Shown: positions 28,857 to 37,067 of the stretch, piece after piece | How positions within the stretch are numbered: position 1 is the first letter of the stretch | Layout of the letters: each line of letters opens with the position of its first letter | NCBI GenBank assembly: GCA_963761905.1 | Contig: CAVXIQ010000009.1 | Location: forward strand, 12,725 to 76,724 | Length of the DNA: 64,000 nucleotides | Reading direction: 5' to 3' | Source of the DNA: an uncultured Gaiellaceae bacterium | GTDB lineage: Bacteria; Actinomycetota; Thermoleophilia; Gaiellales; Gaiellaceae | Made by a program: the position numbers and the translations under genes | The notes under the pieces: generated by a model | Told to the model about the DNA's origin: nothing | The model's database searches: none | The model's input: the letters and a program-made list of their open reading frames with translations, nothing else

Positions 28857-29951
28857 TTGGCGAAGTTAGGACGACGTTGCGACTCTCTCTTCGAGAGCGG
28901 GAGCCCAGTCCCTCGCCGCGTTCGAGTGGCGCCGCTCAAGCCGCTCACGCTCTCCGCCGATAGAGCCAGCACTGTGGAGCACAACGCCGCCGAGCCACTC
29001 GCCGATACGGGCGCCGACCAGGGCACCGAGCCCTATCTGGAGCTCCTGCCGGCCCTCGACGATCCGGCTGTCGGGGAGGAGGACGAGAGCGACGACGACC
29101 ACGGTGCCGACACACCGCCGAGCGTCGAGACCACCCAGGATCCGCTCAAGCTCTACGTGCGTGCGATCGGCGACGGCCGGCTCCTGACGACGAGCGAGGA
29201 GCGCGAGCTCGCGCGGCGCAAGGATCTCGGCGACGAGGCGGCCAAGCGACGGCTGATCGAGTCGAACCTGCGCCTCGTGATGTCGATCACGCGCAACTAC
29301 ACGAAGGCCGGCGTTCCTCTGCTCGACCTGATCCAGGAGGGCAACCTCGGCCTGATCCGCGCCGTCGAGAAATTCGACTACAAGATGGGCTTCAAGCTCT
29401 CGACGTACGCCACCTGGTGGATCCGGCAAGCGGTGACCCGCGCGCTCGCCGAACAGGGACGCACGATTCGGCTGCCCGTCCACGTCGCCGAGCAGGTTCG
29501 CCGCGTGACCCGCTCGCGCCGGCTCCTCGCTCAGAAGCTCAACCGCGAGCCGAAGCTCGAGGAGATCGCCGAGGAGAGCGGCTTCACGGTGCAGCGCGTC
29601 CAGGATCTACTCGAGCTCGTCGAGGACTCACTCAGCCTCGAGACTCCTGTCGGCGACGGCGAGAGCCTGTACGGCGACCTGATCCAGGACACGAAGTCCG
29701 CCGAGCCGGACGTGGAGACGGCCGAGCGGCTCCGCGCGCACGAGCTCGCCGAGGCGCTCGAGGTCCTGAATCCTCGCATGCGACTGGTGCTCGTCCAGCG
29801 TTTCGGGTTGGGCGGGGCCACGCCTCAGACGCTCGAAGAGGTGGGAGCCGGGCTCGGCATCACCCGCGAACGGGTTCGCCAGCTCGAGTCCCGGGCGCTC
29901 CGCGAGCTGCGCGCAGTCGCTCCCGCGCTCGAGTTCTACCTGCGCAGCTAG
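28857..29951 (+). CDS. Sigma-70 family factor, group 2 (SigB/HrdA-like); true start somewhere between 28857 and 28974
   Basis: Region 1.2 LYVRAIG, region 2 [16 protein letters not shown]...[19 protein letters not shown]...[12 protein letters not shown], region 3, and region 4 [24 protein letters not shown]. Confidence 0.9.
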   Translation: MAKLGRRCDSLFESGSPVPRRVRVAPLKPLTLSADRASTVEHNAAEPLADTGADQGTEPYLELLPALDDPAVGEEDESDDDHGADTPPSVETTQDPLKLYVRAIGDGRLLTTSEERELARRKDLGDEAAKRRLIESNLRLVMSITRNYTKAGVPLLDLIQEGNLGLIRAVEKFDYKMGFKLSTYATWWIRQAVTRALAEQGRTIRLPVHVAEQVRRVTRSRRLLAQKLNREPKLEEIAEESGFTVQRVQDLLELVEDSLSLETPVGDGESLYGDLIQDTKSAEPDVETAERLRAHELAEALEVLNPRMRLVLVQRFGLGGATPQTLEEVGAGLGITRERVRQLESRALRELRAVAPALEFYLRS

Positions 29952-29960
29952 AAACGCGAG

Positions 29961-31019
29961 CTACAGCCCGACGGCTTCCATTTCCCGGACCGTCGAGAGG
30001 CGCTTCAGCGAGTCGATCTCGATCTGGCGAACCCGTTCCCGCGTGAGCCCGAGCCGGCGACCGATCTCCTCGAGCGTCCTGGGCTCCGAGTCGGCGAGCC
30101 CGTAGCGCAGGATCACGACCTGCCGTTCGCGCTCTCCGAGCGTCCCGAGGGCCTCTCGAAGAGCCTGACTGCGGAGCGAGACCTCGACTTCCTCCTCGGG
30201 TAGGGGGCCTTCACCGGCCACGAAGTCGCCGAACACCGCGTCCTCGGTCTCGCCGACCGGTTGGTCGAGGCTCGTCGAGGCCCGGGCGGCCGCGCGCACC
30301 TCGATCGCCTGCTGCAGCGGCAGCGAGGCCTCCTCGGCGATCTCCTCGAGCTTCGGCTCGCGGCCGAGTTGCGTCCAGAGGGTGCGCTCGGCGCGATTCA
30401 TCTTCTGGAGCCGCTCGACGATGTGCACCGGCATCCGGATCGTCCGCGCCTTGTCGGCGAGGGCTCGTGCCACCGCCTGGCGGATCCACCACGTGGCGTA
30501 GGTCGAGAACTTGAAGCCACGGCGCCAGTCGAACTTCTCGACGGCTCGGATCAGGCCGAGCGTCCCTTCCTGGATCAGATCGAGAAACGGAAGTCCCTGG
30601 TTTCGATAGTTCTTCGCGATCGAGACGACGAGGCGGAGATTCGACTGGATCATGTGCTGCTTCGCCTGCATGTCGCCGCGCTCGATCCGCTTCGCGAGCT
30701 CGACCTCCTGAGCCGCCGTCAGGAGCTGATGACGGCCGGCCTCCCGCAGGAAGAGCTGGAGCGCGTCGGTCGTCGTCTCGGCCGCAGCCGCCGGCGCAGG
30801 GGCGGGAGCCGGCTCCTCGGGCTTGGCGCCTTCGACCACGTCGATCCCGCGCTGCTCGAGCTCGCGGAAGAGCGCATCCTGCTCGAGCGCGTCGAGCTCG
30901 TGGGTCTCGACGAGCTCGGCGACCTCGACTGCACGGATGACGCCGATCTGCTCGGACGCCTCGAGCAGTTGCTGGATCTCCTCGTGCTGCAGAAGATGGT
31001 CGATGTCGATCGTCGTCAT
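29961..31019 (-). CDS. rpoD: Principal-type sigma-70 factor (RpoD/HrdB-like) with an acidic region 1.1
   Basis: [20 protein letters not shown]..., [73 protein letters not shown]. It is convergent with the previous sigma gene. Confidence 0.88.
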   Translation of the reverse strand: MTTIDIDHLLQHEEIQQLLEASEQIGVIRAVEVAELVETHELDALEQDALFRELEQRGIDVVEGAKPEEPAPAPAPAAAAETTTDALQLFLREAGRHQLLTAAQEVELAKRIERGDMQAKQHMIQSNLRLVVSIAKNYRNQGLPFLDLIQEGTLGLIRAVEKFDWRRGFKFSTYATWWIRQAVARALADKARTIRMPVHIVERLQKMNRAERTLWTQLGREPKLEEIAEEASLPLQQAIEVRAAARASTSLDQPVGETEDAVFGDFVAGEGPLPEEEVEVSLRSQALREALGTLGERERQVVILRYGLADSEPRTLEEIGRRLGLTRERVRQIEIDSLKRLSTVREMEAVGL

Positions 31020-31124
31020 AAGGGGGCGGCACGAAGCCTTGGGGGCTTCTACCTGCAGCATCCGCCTCTCAAACGCCCGATGCAAAACTGGCCGTGCAGT
31101 CGGTGCACGAGAATGGACGTTATG

Positions 31125-32003
31125 TCAAGTTGACGAAGAAGGCCGCCGCACGGTCGCGAGCACGATCCCGCAGATCACCACCCCTACCCCCGCCAGCTGG
31201 ACTCGGGACGGATTCTCGTCGACGAGCACGATCGCGAAGAGAACCGCCGCGACAGGTTGCAGTGTCAGCACGACCGAGCTGATCGCGGCCTTCGCGAGCG
31301 GCAGCGCCGTCGCGATCAGCAGCCAGCCGAGAACCTGCGACGTCAGCGCGAGCGTCACGAGCCAGGCGAACGACTCCCATGAAGTCCGCAGCTCGAGCTC
31401 GCCCAGCAGCCAGCCTGCAGGTAGGACGACCAGCGCAGACGCGAGCGTGGCGTGAAAGAGCGCCCCGCCGGAGCGGCGCACGTCGGCCGAGCCCGCGCGA
31501 AGGGCGAGCAAGAACCCGGCGTAAGCAACCGCGGTGAGCACGCCGAAGAGCACGCCGAGAGCGGGATCGCTGCCGTACGCGCCCTCGCCGAAGGCGCCGG
31601 AAATGAGGACGACGCCGATCAGCACCACCGGAACTGCGGCGACGATTCGCGCTCCCGGCCGCTCGGAGAGGAGGAGCCAGGCGGCGATCGGGACGATGAC
31701 GACCTGAACGTTGCCGAGGACCGTCGCGAGCCCGGCCCCCACTCCGGCGATCGAGTGGTGCCAGAGAATCAGGTCGGCCGCGAAGAAGGCGCCGGCGAGC
31801 CAGGCGAGAGCACGCGCTCGCGTTCCTCTGGATCCGAAGCGCCGACGCTCGATGAGCGCGATCGCAAGGAGCGCCGGCAGCGCATACAGGCAACGGTAGA
31901 ACGCGGCCGTCGAGGGAGTGACGTCCGCGAGCCGAACGAGGATGCCCGAGAACGCGATGCACGCCGCCCCGGCGACGAGAAGGGGAATCGGCCGGCCGCT
32001 CAG
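31125..32003 (-). CDS. EamA/DMT-family transporter; no canonical start codon upstream of TM1, so the 5' end is approximate
   Basis: Ten-TM pattern with two EamA halves: PLLVAGAACIAFSGILVRL ... LTSQVLGWLLIATALPLAKAAISSVVLTLQPV. The only candidates at the uppP stop are CTG or ATT. Confidence 0.72.
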   Translation of the reverse strand: MSGRPIPLLVAGAACIAFSGILVRLADVTPSTAAFYRCLYALPALLAIALIERRRFGSRGTRARALAWLAGAFFAADLILWHHSIAGVGAGLATVLGNVQVVIVPIAAWLLLSERPGARIVAAVPVVLIGVVLISGAFGEGAYGSDPALGVLFGVLTAVAYAGFLLALRAGSADVRRSGGALFHATLASALVVLPAGWLLGELELRTSWESFAWLVTLALTSQVLGWLLIATALPLAKAAISSVVLTLQPVAAVLFAIVLVDENPSRVQLAGVGVVICGIVLATVRRPSSST

Positions 32004-32938
32004 AAACCCGCCGTGCGGACGCCGGTTGCGATCAGCAGAAGCACGATTGCGGCCACGAGCAACCGGTAGACGACGAAGATCGTGTAGTTGTGCCGGCGGA
32101 CGTAGCCGAGCAGCGCCGAGATCGCGAGGAGGCCGCTCGCGCCGGACGCGAGCGAACCGACGACGAAGGGCCCGGCCGTCCCCGGCGGCAGATCGGCGAG
32201 CAGGACGTCGCCGATCCCTTTGTACGCCACCGCGCCGAACGTGATCGGGACGAGAAGGAGAAACGAGAAGCGGGCGGCCGAGTCGCGGTCGAGGCCGAGG
32301 AACCTGCCCGCCGTGATCGTGATCCCGGAGCGTGAGACGCCCGGCATCAGCGAGAGGCACTGCGCGAGCCCGACCGCGATCGCCGAGCGCAGGCCCAGGT
32401 CTCCCATCTGTCTCGCCTCCGGCCGACGGTCCGCCAGCCACAGCAGCCCGCCGAAGGGCGCGAGCAGAAGTGCGATCTGCCACGGCTCTCCCAGGCGTTC
32501 GGCGATCAGGTTCTCGCCGAGCGCGCCGACGAGCGCCGCGGGGACTGTCGCGATCGCGACGAGCCAGGAAATCCGCTCGTCCACCGACGCGATCCGGCGG
32601 TGCCGCACCGAGGCGATCCATGCCTTCGCCAGTCGAATGAGATCCTCGTGGAAGTACGCGACGACGGCGACCAGCGTCCCGAGATGGAGCGAGACGTCGA
32701 ACGTCTGGTTGAACGCGTCGTTCTCCTTCAGGAATTCCCAGTCGAAGAGCCAGGGGACGAGGATCAGGTGACCCGACGATGAGATCGGAAGCAACTCGGT
32801 CGCACCCTGGACGAGGCCGAGCACGAGCGCCTGCCAGTTCGACAGTGCGGCCGCGCTGTCCCCCACCCCGAACACCGTGAGGACGAGGGCAACCGATAAC
32901 GCGATGCCCGCGGCGAGGTAGACGCGGGCCCGGTCCAT
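32000..32938 (-). CDS. uppP: Undecaprenyl-diphosphate phosphatase
   Basis: GATELLPISSSGHLIL and PGVSRSGITITAG. Confidence 0.92.
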   Translation of the reverse strand: MDRARVYLAAGIALSVALVLTVFGVGDSAAALSNWQALVLGLVQGATELLPISSSGHLILVPWLFDWEFLKENDAFNQTFDVSLHLGTLVAVVAYFHEDLIRLAKAWIASVRHRRIASVDERISWLVAIATVPAALVGALGENLIAERLGEPWQIALLLAPFGGLLWLADRRPEARQMGDLGLRSAIAVGLAQCLSLMPGVSRSGITITAGRFLGLDRDSAARFSFLLLVPITFGAVAYKGIGDVLLADLPPGTAGPFVVGSLASGASGLLAISALLGYVRRHNYTIFVVYRLLVAAIVLLLIATGVRTAGF

Positions 32939-33053
32939 CGCGCGATCCTAGAGAAACCCGCACGGCCACCAACAGCTCGAGCCACTCGAGGCGAGCCAAC
33001 CGCTTTGATCAGCGAGCCCCGAACCCGACCCACGCAGCTTCAGGGATCTTCGC

Positions 33054-33087
33054 GCGACAGGGATCTGCTCCCGCAGATCCCTGTCGC
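33054..33087. repeat. Copy 1 of a hairpin repeat element (15-bp stem, 4-nt loop) with conserved flanks GGGATCTTCGCGCGA / TCGCTGC-CAAA
   Basis: gcgacagggatctgc-tccc-gcagatccctgtcgc. It has the same flanks as the hairpin at 42447-42481, but the stem sequence differs with complementarity preserved. Confidence 0.55.
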
Positions 33088-33322
33088 TGCGCAAAAATTC
33101 AGGGAGCCGGTGGCGCTTTCGTCCACCGAACCCGCTGACTTTCCGCTTGCGCGTACGGCCCTCGAGCTCGGTTTCGGTCTACTCGCGCTCCGTGCTCCCT
33201 GCAAGCGAGAACCTAGTGCCCCGTCACCTCGCGGGCAAGCCCGACCGCCGACGATTGCTGCAAATTGCGCACGATTTGCGTTCGGGCAGACGATGCTCCT
33301 GGCTCCAGTTAGGATCCGCCCC

Positions 33323-33511
33323 ATGCACCTCCGGATGCCGAGCATCGACCAGGGCGTTCAGGCGTTCGTCTGGGCTGCGCTCTTCTTCGTGATCCTCTGG
33401 CTCGGCATGCTCGCGGTCGGGGTCGCCGGCGGAACCGCACTGATCCTCGCGCTCGTCTCGAGCGGTGCGATCTTCCTGTTTGTCCGCCTGCGGGGCGGAA
33501 CGAGCAGCTAG
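33323..33511 (+). CDS. Small two-TM membrane protein, unknown function
   Basis: MHLRMPSIDQGVQAFVWAALFFVILWLGMLAVGVAGGTALILALVSSGAIFLFVRL. Confidence 0.45.
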   Translation: MHLRMPSIDQGVQAFVWAALFFVILWLGMLAVGVAGGTALILALVSSGAIFLFVRLRGGTSS

Positions 33512-33737
33512 CGCGAGCTGACGAGCGCCGAAACGAGGCGGTGCGCCAGCTCGGATCCGACGACTGCCTCCAGTCGAGCGAAGGCGGTGAGCGATCCGTC
33601 TTCGAGCGCCGCGCCGTCGGCGAACGGCGTGGTTGCTGCAGCCGGATCTGGCTGAAAGACGGCGGCAGCATCCATCCCGACTCCTATCGACGCGGCGGGC
33701 GCGCCAGCGCGATCCCTGGCGCGAGTGAACGAGCTCC

Positions 33738-34337
33738 TCAGCTGTCGTCGCGGTCGCTCCCCGCCCCCGCGCGACGGAATCCGTAGCGGCGACCGCGGTC
33801 GTCGTCGACCCCGTCTCGAGAGCCTGCGCGCTCGGCGGTCAACGCCTCGTCGGCGTCGCGATCGTGGTCGGCAGCGACCGGTGCGACCCGCCGCTCCTCG
33901 TCGGGCGGAAGGTCGGCTGGACGCCGGGGTCCCGTCGTGTCGAACGTGAGCCCGAACGTCAGTCCGATCACGAATGCGACCGCCGAGAGCACCTCACCGA
34001 GATCGCTCACCACGGCGGCGATGCCGAGGTCACGTGACCAATTCGACGTGTTGAAGAAGTCGGCCGGCTGGCGAGACAGCAGAACCCAGCCTCCGACGGC
34101 GAGCACCGGCAGGAACCCGAGCAGGAAGACGCCGGGCGAGATGCGCGGCCAGCCCCATTTCGTCCAGCCCCCCAGGATCTGCGAGAGCGCCATCGTGAGC
34201 CCCGCAGCCGCGATCAGGCCGTAGGTCGTCCAGTACTCGGACGCCGAGTCGGAGCCGATCTGGGCGGCGAGCCAGATCAGGAACCCGGCCACACCTGCGC
34301 CGACGAGCGTCGAGATCCCTCTGGTGAAATCGATCAT
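33738..34337 (-). CDS. Four-TM membrane protein with an acidic/arginine-rich tail, unknown function
   Basis: MIDFTRGISTLVGAGVAGFLIWLAAQIG..., GLIAAAGLTMALSQILGGW, VFLLGFLPVLAVGGWVLL, VLSAVAFVIGLTFGLTF. Confidence 0.55.
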   Translation of the reverse strand: MIDFTRGISTLVGAGVAGFLIWLAAQIGSDSASEYWTTYGLIAAAGLTMALSQILGGWTKWGWPRISPGVFLLGFLPVLAVGGWVLLSRQPADFFNTSNWSRDLGIAAVVSDLGEVLSAVAFVIGLTFGLTFDTTGPRRPADLPPDEERRVAPVAADHDRDADEALTAERAGSRDGVDDDRGRRYGFRRAGAGSDRDDS

Positions 34338-34404
34338 CACAGCCTCCGTTTCGCGGGTCGTCCGGGTCGTACCCGGCACGGATGAAACGAGTCAGGGGCT
34401 CTTA

Positions 34405-34432
34405 GAGATTCAGGCGGCGAGATTCAGGCGGC
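34405..34432. repeat. Perfect 14-nt tandem duplication (gagattcaggcggc x2) spanning the stop codon of the 34410-35012 gene
   Basis: Read directly from the sequence: 34405-34418 equals 34419-34432. Confidence 0.9.
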
Positions 34433-35012
34433 GCTCGTCGAATCGCGACGAGTAGAGCTCGGCGCGGAACCGATCGACCGCGGCGCCGACGTCGTCGGCG
34501 AAGACGTGGTCGACGACGCCGACGCTTGCGTCGTTCCAGAACGGCAGATCGACGTGCGCCTGCGTGACGAGATTGACCGAGAGGGCGAGGCAGGCCGGAC
34601 AGCGAACGGCGAGCCCTAGGCTGCGCCCCCCGGGAACGACCGCCACGAACGAGGAGGGGAACACGGGACGCGGACGTCCTTCCGGGTAGCAGTAGAAGCT
34701 CCACGGCCACTCGCCCGCGACGAGACGGCGCGCCGAGGCGCCGGTGAGCTCGGCGCCGGCGTCGTCCAGCCGAGACGTCATCAGGTTGAGAAAGTCGCCG
34801 ACAGCGGCACCGAGCGGTGCCCAGTCGAGCTCGTCGTGCGCGACGAGGCCGGTGTGCTCGTCACCGCATCCGCACGCGAAGAGCACGCCGTACACGGCGG
34901 GATGAGCGGCGCCGGGCAATCGCTCGAGCCGCCGGAACGCGGACAGCGTCACCTGTGCCTGATCGCGCCGAGGACACGAGAACGTGTACCGCCCGGTGAG
35001 CGCGTCGTACAT
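34410..35012 (-). CDS. Hypothetical cytosolic protein with two similar Cys-containing modules
   Basis: 200 aa. Module 1 is YTFSCPRR...(28)...LFACGCGDEH and module 2 is WSFYCYPEG...(24)...AVRCPACLA. I recognise no family. Confidence 0.55.
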   Translation of the reverse strand: MYDALTGRYTFSCPRRDQAQVTLSAFRRLERLPGAAHPAVYGVLFACGCGDEHTGLVAHDELDWAPLGAAVGDFLNLMTSRLDDAGAELTGASARRLVAGEWPWSFYCYPEGRPRPVFPSSFVAVVPGGRSLGLAVRCPACLALSVNLVTQAHVDLPFWNDASVGVVDHVFADDVGAAVDRFRAELYSSRFDERRLNLAA

Positions 35013-35047
35013 GGCCGAACTCTTATCGGTCGCTCGGACGGATCTCT

Positions 35048-35566
35048 CTAGTACTGGATCAGCGAGTGGACGTCGTAGCCGGCGAGCTTGGTGCGCGGCT
35101 CGAGAAACGCGAGCTCGATCACGAAGGCCAGCCCGACGACCTCCGCCCCGAGCTTCTCCACGAGCTCGACCTTGGCCTTCGCAGTTCCGCCGGTCGCGAG
35201 GACATCGTCGTGCACGATCACCCGAGCTCCGGCGGGGATCGCGTCCGCGTGCACCTCGAGGCTGTCCGTCCCGTACTCGAGCTCGTAGGTCGCGCTGACC
35301 GTCTTGGAGGGAAGCTTCCCCGGCTTGCGTGCCGTCACGAATCCGCACCCGAGGAGGTACGCGAGCGCGCCGCCGAAGATGAACCCGCGTGCCTCGGCTC
35401 CCAGGATGAGATCCGGCTTCCTCGGCTCCGCGAACTCGGCCAGGCGCTGCACGGTCTCGTGGAAGTAGGCCGCGTCTGCGACGAGCGGCATCACGTCCTT
35501 GAAGACGATCCCGGGCTTGGGGAAGTCCGGGACGTCCCGGATCCGGTCTGTCAGGTCGAGCTCCAT
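35048..35566 (-). CDS. apt: Adenine phosphoribosyltransferase
   Basis: IRDVPDFPKPGIVFKD, GAEARGFIFG, and PRPP loop VIVHDDVLATGGTA. Confidence 0.93.
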   Translation of the reverse strand: MELDLTDRIRDVPDFPKPGIVFKDVMPLVADAAYFHETVQRLAEFAEPRKPDLILGAEARGFIFGGALAYLLGCGFVTARKPGKLPSKTVSATYELEYGTDSLEVHADAIPAGARVIVHDDVLATGGTAKAKVELVEKLGAEVVGLAFVIELAFLEPRTKLAGYDVHSLIQY

Positions 35567-36264
35567 CAGCGCTCCGCAAGAGCGCGCAGCTCGCGCCAGA
35601 AGAGGAGTCGAGAGAGCTCCTGCGACGCCTCGGCGAGCGCCTGAAGGTCGTCGAGCCCGGATTTTCGGCGCTCGGGGTTGCGCGCTCGCAGAGCCGGTGC
35701 GACGAGCTGCTCGAGCAGCCCTGCCTCACGTCCTGCCGAGTTGCGAAAGGTGCGGAGATGACGGGCGTCGATTCCATAGCGGGCGAGCCGCCCGCAGGCC
35801 GCTGCGATCTCGGCGTCGCTCTCGGGATAACGACGCTCTCCGGCCTCGATCCGTGGCGCCAAGAGCCCGAATTCCTCGAGCGCGCGTGCCAGGTCGCCGT
35901 CGATGCCGGCTCGCTCGCAGAGCTCGGCGAGGTCGAGCTCGTCCTCGCGCTCGCCGAGGCCCGCGGGTGGCCGGCGCTTGCGTTCGGCGGCGGGACCTCC
36001 GGCGGAGAGCTCCTCGCGGATCACGCGCAGTGGCAGGAATTCGTCGCGCTGCAGCCGGAGAATCGTCTCGAGCCGCTCCACGTCGTCCTCGCTGAAGAGC
36101 CGATAACCGCCTCGGGTCCGCTTCGGTGTAAGCAGCCCCTGATCCTCGAGGTAACGGATCTTCGAGATCGAGATGTCCGCGAACTCCGGCTGGAGGCGCG
36201 CGCAGACCGCGCCGATCGTATGGAGGCGCTGCTCCGAGCGGGTGGTGGAGGCGACGGTCGTCAT
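35566..36264 (-). CDS. MerR-family transcriptional regulator (Rv1828/FtsR-like, by its pairing with the FHA gene)
   Basis: HTIGAVCARLQPEFADISISKIRYLEDQGLLTPKRTRGGYRLFSEDDVERLETILRLQ. Confidence 0.82.
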   Translation of the reverse strand: MTTVASTTRSEQRLHTIGAVCARLQPEFADISISKIRYLEDQGLLTPKRTRGGYRLFSEDDVERLETILRLQRDEFLPLRVIREELSAGGPAAERKRRPPAGLGEREDELDLAELCERAGIDGDLARALEEFGLLAPRIEAGERRYPESDAEIAAACGRLARYGIDARHLRTFRNSAGREAGLLEQLVAPALRARNPERRKSGLDDLQALAEASQELSRLLFWRELRALAER

Positions 36265-36734
36265 CGGCCTCTGAGGAAGGTCAGCCGGTACTTGCCGATC
36301 TGGATCTCGTCATCGTCCTCGATCTCCGTCTCGGCGGCTTCGATTCGCTTCCGGTTCACGAAGGTGCCGTTCAGGCTGCCGAGATCCTTGATCGTGAAGC
36401 GGCCCTCGTCCTGGACCAGCTCCGCGTGCTTGCGCGAGACGGTCACGTCGTCGAGGAACACGTCGCATTCGGGCGACCGACCGATCAACGTCCGCTCCCC
36501 GGACGGGAAAAAGGTCTCGCCGGCGCGACCGCCGCCGGAGCGCACGACGAGGGCCGGCCCCTTGAGACTCGGGTCGCTCAACGCTGCACCCGGATCGTCG
36601 GCGATGTCATCAGGCGTGAACGTCAGTGTCTGCTCCCCCGCGTCCTCCTGCTTCAGATGGCCGCCGCACTTCGCGCAGAAGTTGGCGGTTTCCGGATTCT
36701 GGTAGCCGCATTCCGGACAGTAGACGTGGCTCAT
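36261..36734 (-). CDS. FHA-domain protein with an N-terminal zinc ribbon (GarA/OdhI-like)
   Basis: CPECGYQNPETANFCAKCG, then the FHA core TLIGRSPECDVFLDDVTVSRKHAEL...DLGSLNGTFVN. ATGA overlaps on both sides. Confidence 0.88.
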   Translation of the reverse strand: MSHVYCPECGYQNPETANFCAKCGGHLKQEDAGEQTLTFTPDDIADDPGAALSDPSLKGPALVVRSGGGRAGETFFPSGERTLIGRSPECDVFLDDVTVSRKHAELVQDEGRFTIKDLGSLNGTFVNRKRIEAAETEIEDDDEIQIGKYRLTFLRGR

Positions 36735-37009
36735 GCGCTCTCGTCTTGAGCCTGCGGAGAGGCTCGCGCGGCGAGGATCTCGGTCAGCCGATCGACGTCG
36801 ACGTCGCTGCCGCCACCGGTCCCCTTGAGTCGGGCCGTTCGCTCCGCACGAAGGATGTCGATCCGGCCCTGCAGCAGCCGCCGCCGGTAGGAGACCTGGT
36901 TCTCTTCCTCGGAGAGTCGCTCGATCAGTGCCTTCAGCTCGTCGTCCGAGAGCGTGCCGAGATCGGGCAGCGGCTCGACTTCGCTCTCTCCATGTCGCTG
37001 TTCCTCCAC
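36731..37009 (-). CDS. Small coiled-coil protein with a single complete RsiG-type c-di-GMP-binding motif
   Basis: LSDDELKALIERLSEEENQVSYRRRLLQGRIDILRAE fits E-x3-S-x2-R-x3-Q-x3-D exactly. The protein is 92 aa. Confidence 0.55.
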   Translation of the reverse strand: MEEQRHGESEVEPLPDLGTLSDDELKALIERLSEEENQVSYRRRLLQGRIDILRAERTARLKGTGGGSDVDVDRLTEILAARASPQAQDESA

Positions 37010-37067
37010 GGTTGTGCCTTTCGCGTCGGGGTGTCAGTAAAGCAGCAGCGAGCCGGAGGGGTCAACC

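Noticed and set aside
33100-33320. Possible cyclic-di-AMP (ydaO-type) riboswitch because of CCACCGAACCCGCTGAC
   Set aside because: Only this short string resembles the consensus. The ACGGGG/GGGGACCCA and AGCTAACCTCGTA blocks are missing, so the call is unsupported. The region is kept only as an unexplained spacer.
33508-33675. 55-aa minus-strand ORF (MDAAAVFQPDPAAATTPFADG...LVSALVSSR) in the convergent gap after the small membrane gene
   Set aside because: No ribosome-binding site, no recognisable motif, Ala-rich composition, and a size below what can be supported from sequence alone.
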